Shown here: piece after piece, positions 48,910-58,071 of the stretch
Layout: every line of letters begins with the position of its first letter
Position numbering within the stretch: position 1 is the first letter of the stretch
Assembly (NCBI GenBank): GCA_025062235.1
Contig: JANXAE010000001.1
Span: 493 to 64,492 of the forward strand
DNA: 64,000 nucleotides
From: Bryobacteraceae bacterium
GTDB lineage: Bacteria; Acidobacteriota; Terriglobia; Bryobacterales; Bryobacteraceae
Direction of reading: 5' to 3'
Made by a program: the position numbers and the translations under genes
Notes under the pieces: generated by a model
Database searches by the model: none
What the model saw: the letters and a program-made list of their open reading frames with translations, nothing else
Told to the model about the DNA's origin: nothing

Positions 48910-50153
48910 GGCTCTCCCTCTTTCACCCCGACCTTGCGCCACGGCATGGCGGGGAAATGGGCTTCGGCGCGCGTGCCGCGGGGTACGAGCGCGACCAGAC
49001 GGAGGCGACCGCCGAGCGTCTCGATGAGCTTGCGGCTGGTCGGCAGGCCGAGCCCCGAACCGAAGGCTTTCGTCGTAAAGAAAGGCTCGAACAGATGGCG
49101 CCGGGCTTCCTCGGAGAGGCCGGGCCCGTCGTCCTCGACGGCGATGGTTACCCCATCGCGGGAAGTGGCAACGCTCAGGCGTATCTCGCCTTCGTGGCCG
49201 ACCGCTTCCACGGCGTTGCGCAGAAGGTTCAGCAGGGCGCCCTTGAGCAGATCGGGATCGGTGTGGATCCAAAGGCCGCTGGGCGGCAAGTGCAGGCGCA
49301 GCGGGCGGCCAGCTGTCAGCTCGCGCACGTTCGTCTCCAGTTCGCTCGCGAGCGCATCCCATTCGAACCACCTGGGTCGCGGCTGAACCGGGCGCCCGTA
49401 GTCCAGCAAGTTCTTCACCAGCCGCTCGAGTCTTTCCACTTCGGGAGCGATGGGAGCGAGAAGGGATGCGGTTTGCTCGTCCGCCTTCTCGGCGGCGAGC
49501 TGGGCGAAACCTTTGATCGTCGCCAGCGGGTTGCGGATCTCGTGCGCCAGCGTGGCCGCCATCTGGCCCAGGCGCGCCAAGTGCTCCAATTCGAGCTGCC
49601 GGCGCTCGAGTTGCGCCGCCCGCTTCAGGCTCCAGAGAGCGTAGAGCGAGAGCAGCAACAGAGCCAGACCGCTCAGCGACGCCGCGACTACGTTCTGCCG
49701 GGCCGGCGCAAGCAGGAAATCGGCCGCGGAGGCCGCGAGATCGAGCTTCGCCACCCGCAATTGCCCGCCGGCGTGGTAGGGGATGTAAGCTCGGAAAACC
49801 TCCACGCCGCTCACCTGCCGCCGCTCGGTGTGGAAGAGTTCGCGTCCTTCGCGTATGGCGGCCAGCGCCTCGCGCTCGGGGCCCTGCTCATCGAGATCGA
49901 GAATCGCCAGATCGAGCAGCGCAGGCTCCTGTTCTGCCAGTGCCTCGACTTGGCCGGCTGCGGGCGAAGGCCCGAGCGCTTCCAGCCTGGCAACCAGCGC
50001 TGCCGCCTGGGCCCTCAGGTAAAGGTCGCGCAACTCGGCTAAGCGGGCCAGCGTGGCCAGCGAGCTGGCGACCAAAGCCAGGGGCAGCAACAGGGCGAGC
50101 AGCGGCCACAGCAGCCGGCGGGCGCGAGGCGGCATGGCAGCCTTCGCCTTCAT
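48894..50153 (-). CDS. membrane sensor histidine kinase
   Basis: Two TM segments flank a domain of about 140 aa. H-box LAHEIRNPL, N-box LLNLLRNA, G-box DDGPGL..GSGLGL. It overlaps the regulator gene by 16 nt. Confidence 0.9.
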   Translation of the reverse strand: MKAKAAMPPRARRLLWPLLALLLPLALVASSLATLARLAELRDLYLRAQAAALVARLEALGPSPAAGQVEALAEQEPALLDLAILDLDEQGPEREALAAIREGRELFHTERRQVSGVEVFRAYIPYHAGGQLRVAKLDLAASAADFLLAPARQNVVAASLSGLALLLLSLYALWSLKRAAQLERRQLELEHLARLGQMAATLAHEIRNPLATIKGFAQLAAEKADEQTASLLAPIAPEVERLERLVKNLLDYGRPVQPRPRWFEWDALASELETNVRELTAGRPLRLHLPPSGLWIHTDPDLLKGALLNLLRNAVEAVGHEGEIRLSVATSRDGVTIAVEDDGPGLSEEARRHLFEPFFTTKAFGSGLGLPTSRKLIETLGGRLRLVALVPRGTRAEAHFPAMPWRKVGVKEGEPWPAS

Positions 50154-50214
50154 GCTAACAGGCGGGCCGGCGCGCTGGTTGACAAAGCGGGGCACGGGGA
50201 CTAATCAATGGTGC

Positions 50215-51681
50215 ATGGTGCGTTTTCGCCCGCGATACCTGTGGTTCTATTTCTCGCTGGCCCTGGGGTCGCTGCTGGGACTGCTGCTGCTGGCGCAGTC
50301 CGTCATCACCTATTACCAGGTCTCGCGTTTCATGATCCAGGCCGAGCTGAGGCGCGAGGCGCAGCGTCATGTGAGCGCGCTTGAACGGGAAGCGCGGCGA
50401 GTGGGTGCCTTCGAGCCTTTCGAGCTGTTGGCTGTGCTTCGCGAGTTGCGCGAGGAGGCGCCGCAGAGGATCGCCTGGATCCGGGTGATTGACGCCGCGG
50501 GTCGGACGGTCGTGCAGGAGGGCGAGCCGGTCGGCGAGCCATTTTCCGCCGAGCGGCTGTGGGCGGCGTTCGAGTTGGCGACGCCGGTTTCCGAGGTCCG
50601 GCACACGCCCAAGGGCAGCGTACTGGTGACGGTCTTGCCCTTGCGCTTGCCGCGACGCCCCCCGCCCGAGGCGGCGACCGGAGCGCAGAGGCCGCGGCAG
50701 GCCCGGGCACAGGAGGCGCCGGGTGCAGGCCCTGCGCCGTCTTCCCCGGTCCCGCGCACGAAGGGGCCGCGCCCGGGGCCGCGTTTCGTCGAGGTGGGGC
50801 TCTATGTGGCGGGAGGAAGAGCGAACTTCGGGCGTCTGCTCACCAACCTGGTGGTCAATTCCTCGGCGGCCCTCGGCCTGGTGGCCTCGATGATCGTGCT
50901 GTGGCTGCGCTTTCCGGATTACGTGCGTGGCAAGCAGCTCGAACAGCAGACCGAGCTGGCGCGTCGCGTGCAGCGCGACTTGCTTCCCGCGCCGGACGTC
51001 GAGCTCGACGCGCTGGAGTTCTCCGCGGGTTGCACGCCGGCCTGGCAGGTGGGGGGAGATTTCTACGACGTGTACGTGGACGAAAGCGGGCGGATCGGCC
51101 TGGCCTTGGGCGACGTTTCCGGCAAGGGCCTGCCGGCATCGGTGATGGCGGGTCTGTTGTTGGGCGCGGTGCGGTTCAGCTCTTGGGTGACGGGGCCGGC
51201 GGATCACGAGGCCGCCACCGAGCGGCTGAACGAACTGCTGCGCACGCGCACTGCGCCGGAGCGCTTTGCCAGCCTGTTCTGGTGTTACTACGAGCCCGGC
51301 ACCGGCGAATTGCGCTATATCAACGCCGGTCACGTGCCGCCGCTCATCGTGCGCCGCAAACCGGACGGCGCACGCGCGGTGGAAGTGCTCGAAGACGGTG
51401 GTCCGCTGCTGGGCGTGCTGAAAGAGGCCCGCTACCGGCAGGGGAGCGTTCGGCTCGCTCCCGGCGATCTGTTGGTGATTTACTCCGACGGGGTCGTCGA
51501 GGCGCAGGACGCCTCGGGCAACGACTTCGGCCGCGAACGGTTGCAGGCCACGATCCTGGCGAACGCGGAGCGTTCGTGCGCCGAAATCCGCGACGCCATC
51601 CTGCGCAGCGTGGAGGCCTTCATGGGACGTTCAGAGGCGCAGGACGATCTGACCCTGGCCGTGGCGCGCGTTCGGGCCTGA
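50215..51681 (+). CDS. membrane-anchored PP2C/SpoIIE-family serine phosphatase
   Basis: N-terminal TM, extracytoplasmic segment, second TM, then GGDFYDV...ALGDVSGKG...NAGH..P.......GD.L..YSDG..E. Confidence 0.85.
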   Translation: MVRFRPRYLWFYFSLALGSLLGLLLLAQSVITYYQVSRFMIQAELRREAQRHVSALEREARRVGAFEPFELLAVLRELREEAPQRIAWIRVIDAAGRTVVQEGEPVGEPFSAERLWAAFELATPVSEVRHTPKGSVLVTVLPLRLPRRPPPEAATGAQRPRQARAQEAPGAGPAPSSPVPRTKGPRPGPRFVEVGLYVAGGRANFGRLLTNLVVNSSAALGLVASMIVLWLRFPDYVRGKQLEQQTELARRVQRDLLPAPDVELDALEFSAGCTPAWQVGGDFYDVYVDESGRIGLALGDVSGKGLPASVMAGLLLGAVRFSSWVTGPADHEAATERLNELLRTRTAPERFASLFWCYYEPGTGELRYINAGHVPPLIVRRKPDGARAVEVLEDGGPLLGVLKEARYRQGSVRLAPGDLLVIYSDGVVEAQDASGNDFGRERLQATILANAERSCAEIRDAILRSVEAFMGRSEAQDDLTLAVARVRA

Positions 51682-51714
51682 AGCGCGCGGCAGTGGCGCT
51701 ACAATAATCGGCTT

Positions 51715-52686
51715 GTGCACGAGGTGGGGCCCGCGCAGCGTTTCCTCGAGGTGCAGATCGAGCGGCTGCGCCGTCTTCCGCGTCCCATGCGGATTGTCTT
51801 TCCGGAAGGGGACGATCCCCGCGTCCGCGCCGCAGCCGAACGGCTGGCGCGCGAGGGGCTGATCGAGCCGCTGCTCATCGGGCGCGACCGCGGCGACGGC
51901 GGCGTGCGTTGCCTCGACCCGGAGACGGATCCCGCGACGGCGCGCTACGCTGCGCTCTATTACGAACGCCGCAAGGCGCGGGGGGTCAGCGAACGCGAGG
52001 CGGCGCGCATCGCCCGTCGGCCCCTGAACTTTGCAGCCTTGATGGTCGCCGCGGGGGATGCGGATGGAACCGTGGGGGGAGCAGCCAACAGCACGGCTGA
52101 GACGGTGCGCGCGGCGCTGCACGCGATCGGCCCTGCACCGGGCGTGCGCACGGTCTCCGGGTTCTTCGTCATGGCGCTGCCGCGCAGCGACTGCGGCGCG
52201 CGAGGGCTGTTCGTCTTTGCCGATTGCGCCGTGGTGGTGGACCCTTCGGCGCACGAGCTGGCCGAGATCGCGCTGGCTGCCGCCGGTTCCGTGCGCACGC
52301 TGCTGGAGGCCGAGCCCAAGGTGGCGTTGCTGGCCTGTGCGCCGGAGGCGGTGCAAGACGACGAGCAGGCGGCCAAGGTCGCGCGTGCGCTCGAAGAGCT
52401 CGGCCGGCGCGGCACGGGGTTCGCCCGGCTGTGCGCGGGCGATGCCGGCGAGGCGGTCGAAGCCGGGGCCAATGCGTTGATCTTTCCCAACCTCAACGCC
52501 GGCAACATCGGCTACAAGCTGGTCGAGCGTCTGGCGGGAGCGGCCGCCATCGGCCCGTTCTTGCAAGGGCTGGCGAAACCGGCCAACGATCTTTCGCGGG
52601 CCTGCTCGGCCGAGGATGTCTATGCCGTCGCGATCGTCACCGCTTTGCAGGCGGCTGGCGTGTTCCCGGGCCGGCAGGGGCCATGA
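51715..52686 (+). CDS. pta: phosphate acetyltransferase (short PTA_PTB type)
   Basis: IVFPEGDDPRVRAAAERL, MVAAGDADG and NLNAGNIGYKLVERL. GTG start. Confidence 0.88.
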   Translation: MHEVGPAQRFLEVQIERLRRLPRPMRIVFPEGDDPRVRAAAERLAREGLIEPLLIGRDRGDGGVRCLDPETDPATARYAALYYERRKARGVSEREAARIARRPLNFAALMVAAGDADGTVGGAANSTAETVRAALHAIGPAPGVRTVSGFFVMALPRSDCGARGLFVFADCAVVVDPSAHELAEIALAAAGSVRTLLEAEPKVALLACAPEAVQDDEQAAKVARALEELGRRGTGFARLCAGDAGEAVEAGANALIFPNLNAGNIGYKLVERLAGAAAIGPFLQGLAKPANDLSRACSAEDVYAVAIVTALQAAGVFPGRQGP

Positions 52687-53906
52687 AGATTCTGGCGCTC
52701 AACTGCGGCAGTTCGTCGGTGAAATTCGCGCTGGTCGAGGCGGGCGAGGGCGCACCGCGGATCCTGGCGCGCGGGCACGTCGAGCCGGTGGGCTCGCGGG
52801 AGGGGGCGGCGGTGTGCGAGGAGCCGGGCGCGCCGCGCCGTCTTCGCATCGTCGCGTTGCCCGACCACGACCATGCCATCCGCGCGGCGCTCGAGATGCT
52901 CGTCGAAGCCGAGGCGGGCATCATCCGCACTCGGGAGGAGATCGAAGCGGTCGGTCACCGGATGGTGCACGGGGGCGATCGCTTCCGCGAGCCGGCGCTC
53001 ATCACGCAGGAAGTGGTCCGTGTCATCCAGGATTGCGTGCCGCTGGCGCCGCTGCACAACCCGCACAACCTCAAAGGGTACTTCGCCTGCGCCAGCCTGT
53101 TGCCGCATGCCGCGCACGTCGCTGTCTTCGACACCGCCTTTCACCAGACGATGCCGGCGAAGGCCTACACCTACGCGTTGCCCCAGGATCTGTGCGAGCG
53201 CTATCGCGTGCGGCGCTACGGCTTCCACGGCGCCTCGCACCGCTGGCTCGCGGAGCGCTACGCCGAGCTGCATGGGCGCCCGATGGGAGATTTCAAGCTG
53301 ATCACCTGTCACCTGGGCAACGGCTGCTCGATGTGCGCCATCGAGGGCGGCCGCAGCGTGGATACCTCCATGGGCATGACGCCGCTCGAAGGCCTGGTCA
53401 TGGGCACGCGCGCGGGCGACGTGGATGCGGCGGCGGTCCTGCGCCTGATGCAGTGGGAGGGCCTGAGCATCGAGCGAATGGACGCACTGCTCAACAAGGG
53501 CAGCGGCCTGTACGGCATTTCGGGGATCTCCAACGACATGCGCACGCTGCTCGAGCAGGCTGCGCGCGGCGACGGACGGGCCGAGCTGGCGATCGAGGTG
53601 TTCTGCTATCGGATCCGGAAGTATCTGGGCGCCTACTACGCCGTGCTCGACGGGGCGCATGCGGTGATTTTCACGGGCGGCATCGGCGAGAACGCGCCGG
53701 AGATCCGCGCGCGCGTGTGCCGCTCCCTGGATGCTCTGGGTATCCGGCTGGACGAGCAGCGCAACCGGGCTGCGATCGGCCGCGAGATGGATCTTTCGGC
53801 CGAAGGGGCGCGCACGCGGGTCTGGGTGATCCCGACCAACGAAGAGACGCTGATAGCACGGGAGACCCTGCGGGCTCTGCGCGCGGCGGGGAGGTACAGG
53901 CCATGA
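52683..53906 (+). CDS. ackA: acetate kinase
   Basis: MKILALNCGSSSVKF, GHRMVHGG, FDTAFHQTMP, YGFHGASH and EE. ATGA overlap with the pta stop. Confidence 0.95.
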   Translation: MKILALNCGSSSVKFALVEAGEGAPRILARGHVEPVGSREGAAVCEEPGAPRRLRIVALPDHDHAIRAALEMLVEAEAGIIRTREEIEAVGHRMVHGGDRFREPALITQEVVRVIQDCVPLAPLHNPHNLKGYFACASLLPHAAHVAVFDTAFHQTMPAKAYTYALPQDLCERYRVRRYGFHGASHRWLAERYAELHGRPMGDFKLITCHLGNGCSMCAIEGGRSVDTSMGMTPLEGLVMGTRAGDVDAAAVLRLMQWEGLSIERMDALLNKGSGLYGISGISNDMRTLLEQAARGDGRAELAIEVFCYRIRKYLGAYYAVLDGAHAVIFTGGIGENAPEIRARVCRSLDALGIRLDEQRNRAAIGREMDLSAEGARTRVWVIPTNEETLIARETLRALRAAGRYRP

Positions 53907-54181
53907 GGACGTGGCGTGTCGCCGTCATCGGCCGCACCGGCCGAGGCTGCTATGGGCGCGGGCTGGACACGGTTGGGAAGTTGGCACCCAACGTACGCAT
54001 CGGGGCGGCGCCGAACGAGGATCCCGCGGGCTTGCGGAAGGTGGTTGAGCGCTTGGGAGCGGCCGCCGCCTACCTGGACTGCCCCGAGATGCTGCGCAGG
54101 GAACGCCCCGACGTGGTTTCGCTCGCGCCGCCATGGGCGGATTGCCAGGGACTGGTCCTCGGGAAGACGGCCGCGCCATGA
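53903..54181 (+). pseudogene. truncated N-terminal fragment (92 codons) of a Gfo/Idh/MocA-type oxidoreductase
   Basis: MRTWRVAVIGRTGRGCYGRGLDTVGKL....AAPNEDPAGL.....RLGAAAAYLDCPEMLRRERPDVVSLAP is only the Rossmann N-terminus of a family that is normally 350-450 aa. It overlaps the ackA stop (ATGA). No continuation is recognisable in any frame downstream. Confidence 0.6.
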
Positions 54182-54551
54182 CAACGGTTCGGGCAGGTGC
54201 GGAACCCATCGTGCCCGTTCGCCACGGCGAAAAGCGATCCCATGTGCCTCCGTTGCGCCTGCGGCTGCCGGGCGATCGTCCGCCGGGGGAGGACGTTCAG
54301 GCGAACGTTGCGGCTACCGCTCAAATCCGCCGGAGGCGCTTGAGCAGGATCGCAAGCCGAGAGCCAGCGGGCACGAGGCGCGATGACAAGGGAGATGACA
54401 ATGGCGTTCGCGAATCCCAGCCCACGGCTGGTCGCGTCTACTTTGCCCCTGTGCGTCTGACCCACTCGCCTCTGGGTTCACCACCCTGAAAAGCAGAGGC
54501 TGCTGCTCTCCCGCGTCCAGCCCGGAGTTGTGACGCCTGCGGGGCTTTCGA

Positions 54552-55121
54552 TCAGCCTGCGCGCGAGCCAGAAAGCCGGCGCCAGACCAGAAGTCCCAGG
54601 CCGCCAACGGTCAGCAGCAAGAGTGTGCTCGGTTCGGGGATCACGGCTGTGTCGCCTGTTATGGTGAGAGTCGCGGCACCATAAAAGTCGTCAACTGTCA
54701 CTACGTAGAACCCGAATTGGTCACCGGGAAACAGGAAAGGAAGGCTTGTCCTGCCCGATTGTACGTTCGGACCCTCCAAGTCCAACGGCGAGATGTAATG
54801 GCCGTTGTAGTAATAGCCGGCAGGATCCCAGTGAGGGGCCCAGTCCAGAGTACTATAGTACCAGTTGAACGATAGCTCAGTCACAAAGCTGGTGATGGTC
54901 CAAATGATCGCAGTTAGGATCGGCCTGCCGGACCCTGTATTGCTACCGACAAGCGTGATGGACGCCGGCGCGGATCCTGTGAAGACGAAACCGTCGCCGC
55001 CGGTGATGATCGTGGCCAATGACGGATCGAACTGGCCGCTGAAGCTGATAGGTCCAGCCCAAGCGGAGCCGACCAGCACGAGCCCGAGCAAGGTGGAACG
55101 GGCGATATCTCCCAGCTGCAT
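54552..55121 (-). CDS. PEP-CTERM sorting-signal protein (hypothetical secreted protein)
   Basis: Signal peptide LLGLVLVGSAWAG. C-terminus IPEPSTLLLLTVGGLGLLVWRR has the PEP motif, a TM and a basic tail. Confidence 0.85.
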   Translation of the reverse strand: MQLGDIARSTLLGLVLVGSAWAGPISFSGQFDPSLATIITGGDGFVFTGSAPASITLVGSNTGSGRPILTAIIWTITSFVTELSFNWYYSTLDWAPHWDPAGYYYNGHYISPLDLEGPNVQSGRTSLPFLFPGDQFGFYVVTVDDFYGAATLTITGDTAVIPEPSTLLLLTVGGLGLLVWRRLSGSRAG

Positions 55122-55244
55122 CGCCTAACCCGTCTTGTGAATTTATTCGAGTCATTCTACCGGAGAGCTGCAAGCTGTGTCAAGCTCCAATTTGTGCATG
55201 CCGTACCGGGTATAACACACTGCTGAGAAAAAAACGCGTAAAGA

Positions 55245-55278
55245 TTATTCGGCAACAAGACTCCAAATCTCCGAATAA
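55245..55278. promoter_or_regulatory. 8-bp perfect inverted repeat in the A/T-rich region upstream of the PEP-CTERM gene
   Basis: TTATTCGG (55245-55252), 18-nt spacer, CCGAATAA (55271-55278). It lies about 125-155 nt upstream of the ATG at 55121. Confidence 0.3.
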
Positions 55279-55589
55279 CCTTCCGCCTGACCACTTACAG
55301 GGTCGAAGGCGATTTGCACCGGGGGATTGGCACCGCCACGAATGGTCCCGAATTGTGACAACCCAGTCGGAACGTTCCAAGACGGCTGTTGATCTTTCCG
55401 GAGAGTCGAGATGGCTGCAACTCTCTGCGGAAGCCGACCCATGGCCGCGCCTCGAGGTTGCAAAAGGGGGGGCCGCGTGCGACCGACCGGCGGAGTCCGT
55501 GGGCCTCTGGCGGCTTGTTGAAAGACTCGCTTTCGTCTCGCTCGTTAGAACATTCGTCGCTACGATTGTTCTATTCGCGGCCACGACCC

Positions 55590-56590
55590 CGTCGAGCCCC
55601 GAATCTCTACGGGGTTTGCCTGGAGGAGCGCGTCGCGAGGGACCCCTGCGCGCCATCGGACCAACGGTGGACGAGGTCCTGCGGGGCCTCTTGCCCCGTC
55701 TCGAGAACCTCGGCGCGCGCATCGGGCACCCCCAAGCCGCGCGAGCGCCTGCCTGTTGCCGTCGTCCTGTTCCATCGGTGATGAACGCGTGCTGCTCGAG
55801 CAGCTGGGCTTAAACCCGTCGTTCCGCCGGTTCGTTCAGCCCGGAGACGGAAGAGGAAGTCCGAAGCCACGCGGTCTCGAGCGAGAGCCGCCAGCGGCTG
55901 GTCAACGAAGGGATCGCGGTCGAGTTCTTGCCGGCGTGTGCCGGAGCTGGCGAGGCCGTACCTCTGCGATGAACACTTGCCGGTGGAAGGCACGCTGATG
56001 GAGGCTTGGGCCAACCTCAACAGCTTGTGGCCCCAGCAAGAGCCGAAGGCCGACGGCAAGGACTTCCGCGGCCGGCGACGCTCGAACCGGAAGCATCCGT
56101 CCAGGGCGGATTTCCAGGCACGGCCAGACCGCAAGGGCCGACTGCACCAGGCGCGGCTGGCCTGCTCGAAGCATGTGCGGGTGGGGAACCTTCAGGGTCG
56201 GCCCGATGACGCCCTGGCCACCAGCGCCGGCGGCACGGCGGGGGCGCGCGGCTTTGCAAATGCCCGTTGGCCAGCGCCTTGCCACGAGTGGAAAGTCACG
56301 CGGGCAACGCACCGGGCCTGGGACCGGCGCAATCCGGGGGAAACCTTGCGCCCGAAGGGTCGTGGTGCAAGCGGCCGAGAAGCGGCAGGGCACCCAGCCC
56401 CGTCCTCGGACCACAGGCCAGGCCGGTTACCAGCAAGGTCAGCGGCTCCCGACGGTGGTGGCGAGGGCGCTTCTGCGGCTCGGGTGGGAGGAAGCCCGAG
56501 CGTCGGGCGTTGCGTGGATTGGCAAAAGTCAGTTCGCTGGTCCAATTGGCCGCCGCGGGTCGCAATCTGCGGCAACCTCCCAAGTTGCAG
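55590..56590 (+). mobile_element. decayed IS5-family (DUF772 + DDE) transposase remnant with multiple frameshifts and deletions
   Basis: Successive pieces in three plus-strand frames resemble this transposase in the correct order: GPLRAIGPTVDEVLRGLLPRLENLGARIG; LLEQLGLNPSFRRFV; SESRQRLVNEGIAVEF; DEHLPVEGTLMEAWANLNSL; FRGRRRSNRKHPSRAD; LVQLAAAGRNL. There is no intact ORF. I did not identify terminal inverted repeats. Confidence 0.6.
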
Positions 56591-57025
56591 GACCCAAAAG
56601 CTCCATCCTCGCACAGGACCGCGGTCCGAGCGACCCGCAAGGTCGCAGAGAGCTCCGACTGGCTCCCTTCCGGCGCGACATCGTGCGACTCGCATAACTC
56701 GAAAACCCGGGAGCTAGCTGCACCGGAAAGGTCGCCAACCCCCGCTGGGCCCCTTTTTCAACGGACTGCCAGAGACGCCGGCGCGCCCCTTCCCACCACT
56801 CGACGAACTACACCCCATGTCGCGCATCCCAGAGGTAGCGGTTCCCCGAACCCGGCATGGTCACGAACTGCCACCGACCGGGCGCCAGGCGGATTTTCTT
56901 GATCAACCGGACGGCTTTCTGGCGTTTCGCGAGCCGCGCCCTTGGTGTCGGTTTTTCGCATTTATGCGACACGAAGAGCCGGGCGCATCATCCAAGCCAA
57001 CGTCCCAAGGACGGATCATCGCGGC

Positions 57026-57116
57026 TGGCGGAGAGAGAGGGATTCGAACCCTCGATAGGGGGTTACCCTATACACGCTTTCCAAGCGTGCGCCTTCAACC
57101 ACTCGGCCATCTCTCC
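57026..57116 (-). tRNA. tRNA-Ser (anticodon GGA) with long variable arm and encoded CCA
   Basis: Minus strand reads GGAGAGATGGCCGAGTGGTTGAAGGCGCACGCTTGGAAAGCGTGTATAGGGTAACCCCCTATCGAGGGTTCGAATCCCTCTCTCTCCGCCA. It has a 7-bp acceptor stem, anticodon loop TTGGAAA and T-loop GGTTCGAATCC. Confidence 0.93.
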
Positions 57117-57171
57117 GTCGTCGAGAGGAGCGCTTCCAGAGACTAATTTACCACCCTGTGCAGCGGGCGAC

Positions 57172-58059
57172 TCACTCGGCGGCGCGCAGGAGGTAGTCGC
57201 GAACGCGCAGGTACCACTCGGCGCCTTGCCCACCCGGACCCGCCGGATCCCTGCACCAAGCCTGTTCGTCGGGTGCGCCAAACATTTCGAAGAGACGCTG
57301 ACGGACCGCGACGCTTCCGAGGCGCGGCTCGAGCTGTTGCGCCAGGGCCACATCCTGAGCCGCGTTTCTTCGGATCATCCGGCGCACAGAGAGTGGGGCT
57401 GTGGCAGGGCTCCCGGCTTGACCGCACAGGTATCGCAGCCACGGGCGCAACGCGGCACGGTCCGCCGGCTCGCTCACGTGCGGCAGAGTCCCGGTCGGCG
57501 GCGCGTGGTCGGGAATCCGTGCGGGCCGGATGCGCACTTCCATGGGAGCGATCACCCAGTGATCGCCCACGTTGAGCTGCGCCTCAAGCCGCACGCGGCG
57601 GACGGGGGCCTGGGCCGGCGTCCAGACATCCAGCCAGAAAACGCTGGTGGTTTGGCCGGGGATCGGATCGGTGGCGGGGTGCGCCAAGCTGTCGTAAGGC
57701 TCGAGCACGCGGATCAGTTCGTCGGGAACCCACTCCTCGCCCACGCGAACGAATCGTGCGCGGTACAGCGTGAGGCGAAAGACATCGTCCGGGTTCTGCC
57801 CGAAAAAGAGCCGGAACGGCTGACCTTCGGGCACCGTCACCGCCACGTGGAATGACGCATAGCCGTTGCGCGGCACCGCGGGCGAGAGGATCTCGCGCGG
57901 TCGCGGCGCGCGGTCGGCCCGCACGATCCTGCCGAAGGGGTCCACACGTTGGAACTCGGAGTAGATCTTCAGCTGCACGGGCTGGGCGACGGCGGAAGTC
58001 GCGATCGCAAGGGCGCTCCCCAGCCGCAGCCACCGGTTGATTCGCATCTTCAGAACCAC
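57172..58059 (-). CDS. hypothetical secreted protein
   Basis: Signal-peptide-like RLGSALAIATSAVAQP. Amino-acid composition looks like a normal protein. No family recognised. An alternative start (MRINRW) lies at 58047. Confidence 0.5.
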   Translation of the reverse strand: MVLKMRINRWLRLGSALAIATSAVAQPVQLKIYSEFQRVDPFGRIVRADRAPRPREILSPAVPRNGYASFHVAVTVPEGQPFRLFFGQNPDDVFRLTLYRARFVRVGEEWVPDELIRVLEPYDSLAHPATDPIPGQTTSVFWLDVWTPAQAPVRRVRLEAQLNVGDHWVIAPMEVRIRPARIPDHAPPTGTLPHVSEPADRAALRPWLRYLCGQAGSPATAPLSVRRMIRRNAAQDVALAQQLEPRLGSVAVRQRLFEMFGAPDEQAWCRDPAGPGGQGAEWYLRVRDYLLRAAE

Positions 58060-58071
58060 TCTCAGCCTCTT

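Noticed and set aside
54179-54181. The TGA ending the truncated oxidoreductase, considered as a selenocysteine codon because selB is in the window.
   Set aside because: Read-through gives QRFGQVRNPSCPFATAKSD..., which does not resemble the rest of the Gfo/Idh/MocA family and ends about 70 codons later.
55122-57025. A search for an att-type direct repeat of the tRNA-Ser 3' end, or an integrase gene, that would define a genomic island.
   Set aside because: I saw no second copy of the GGGATTCGAACCCTC-containing 3' segment and no integrase-like ORF. The region is therefore reported only as a scar, not as a defined island.
57063-57353. A 96-aa minus-strand ORF containing GEMAEWLKAHAWKACIG.
   Set aside because: That peptide is simply the translation of the tRNA-Ser gene. 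The ORF has no other support.
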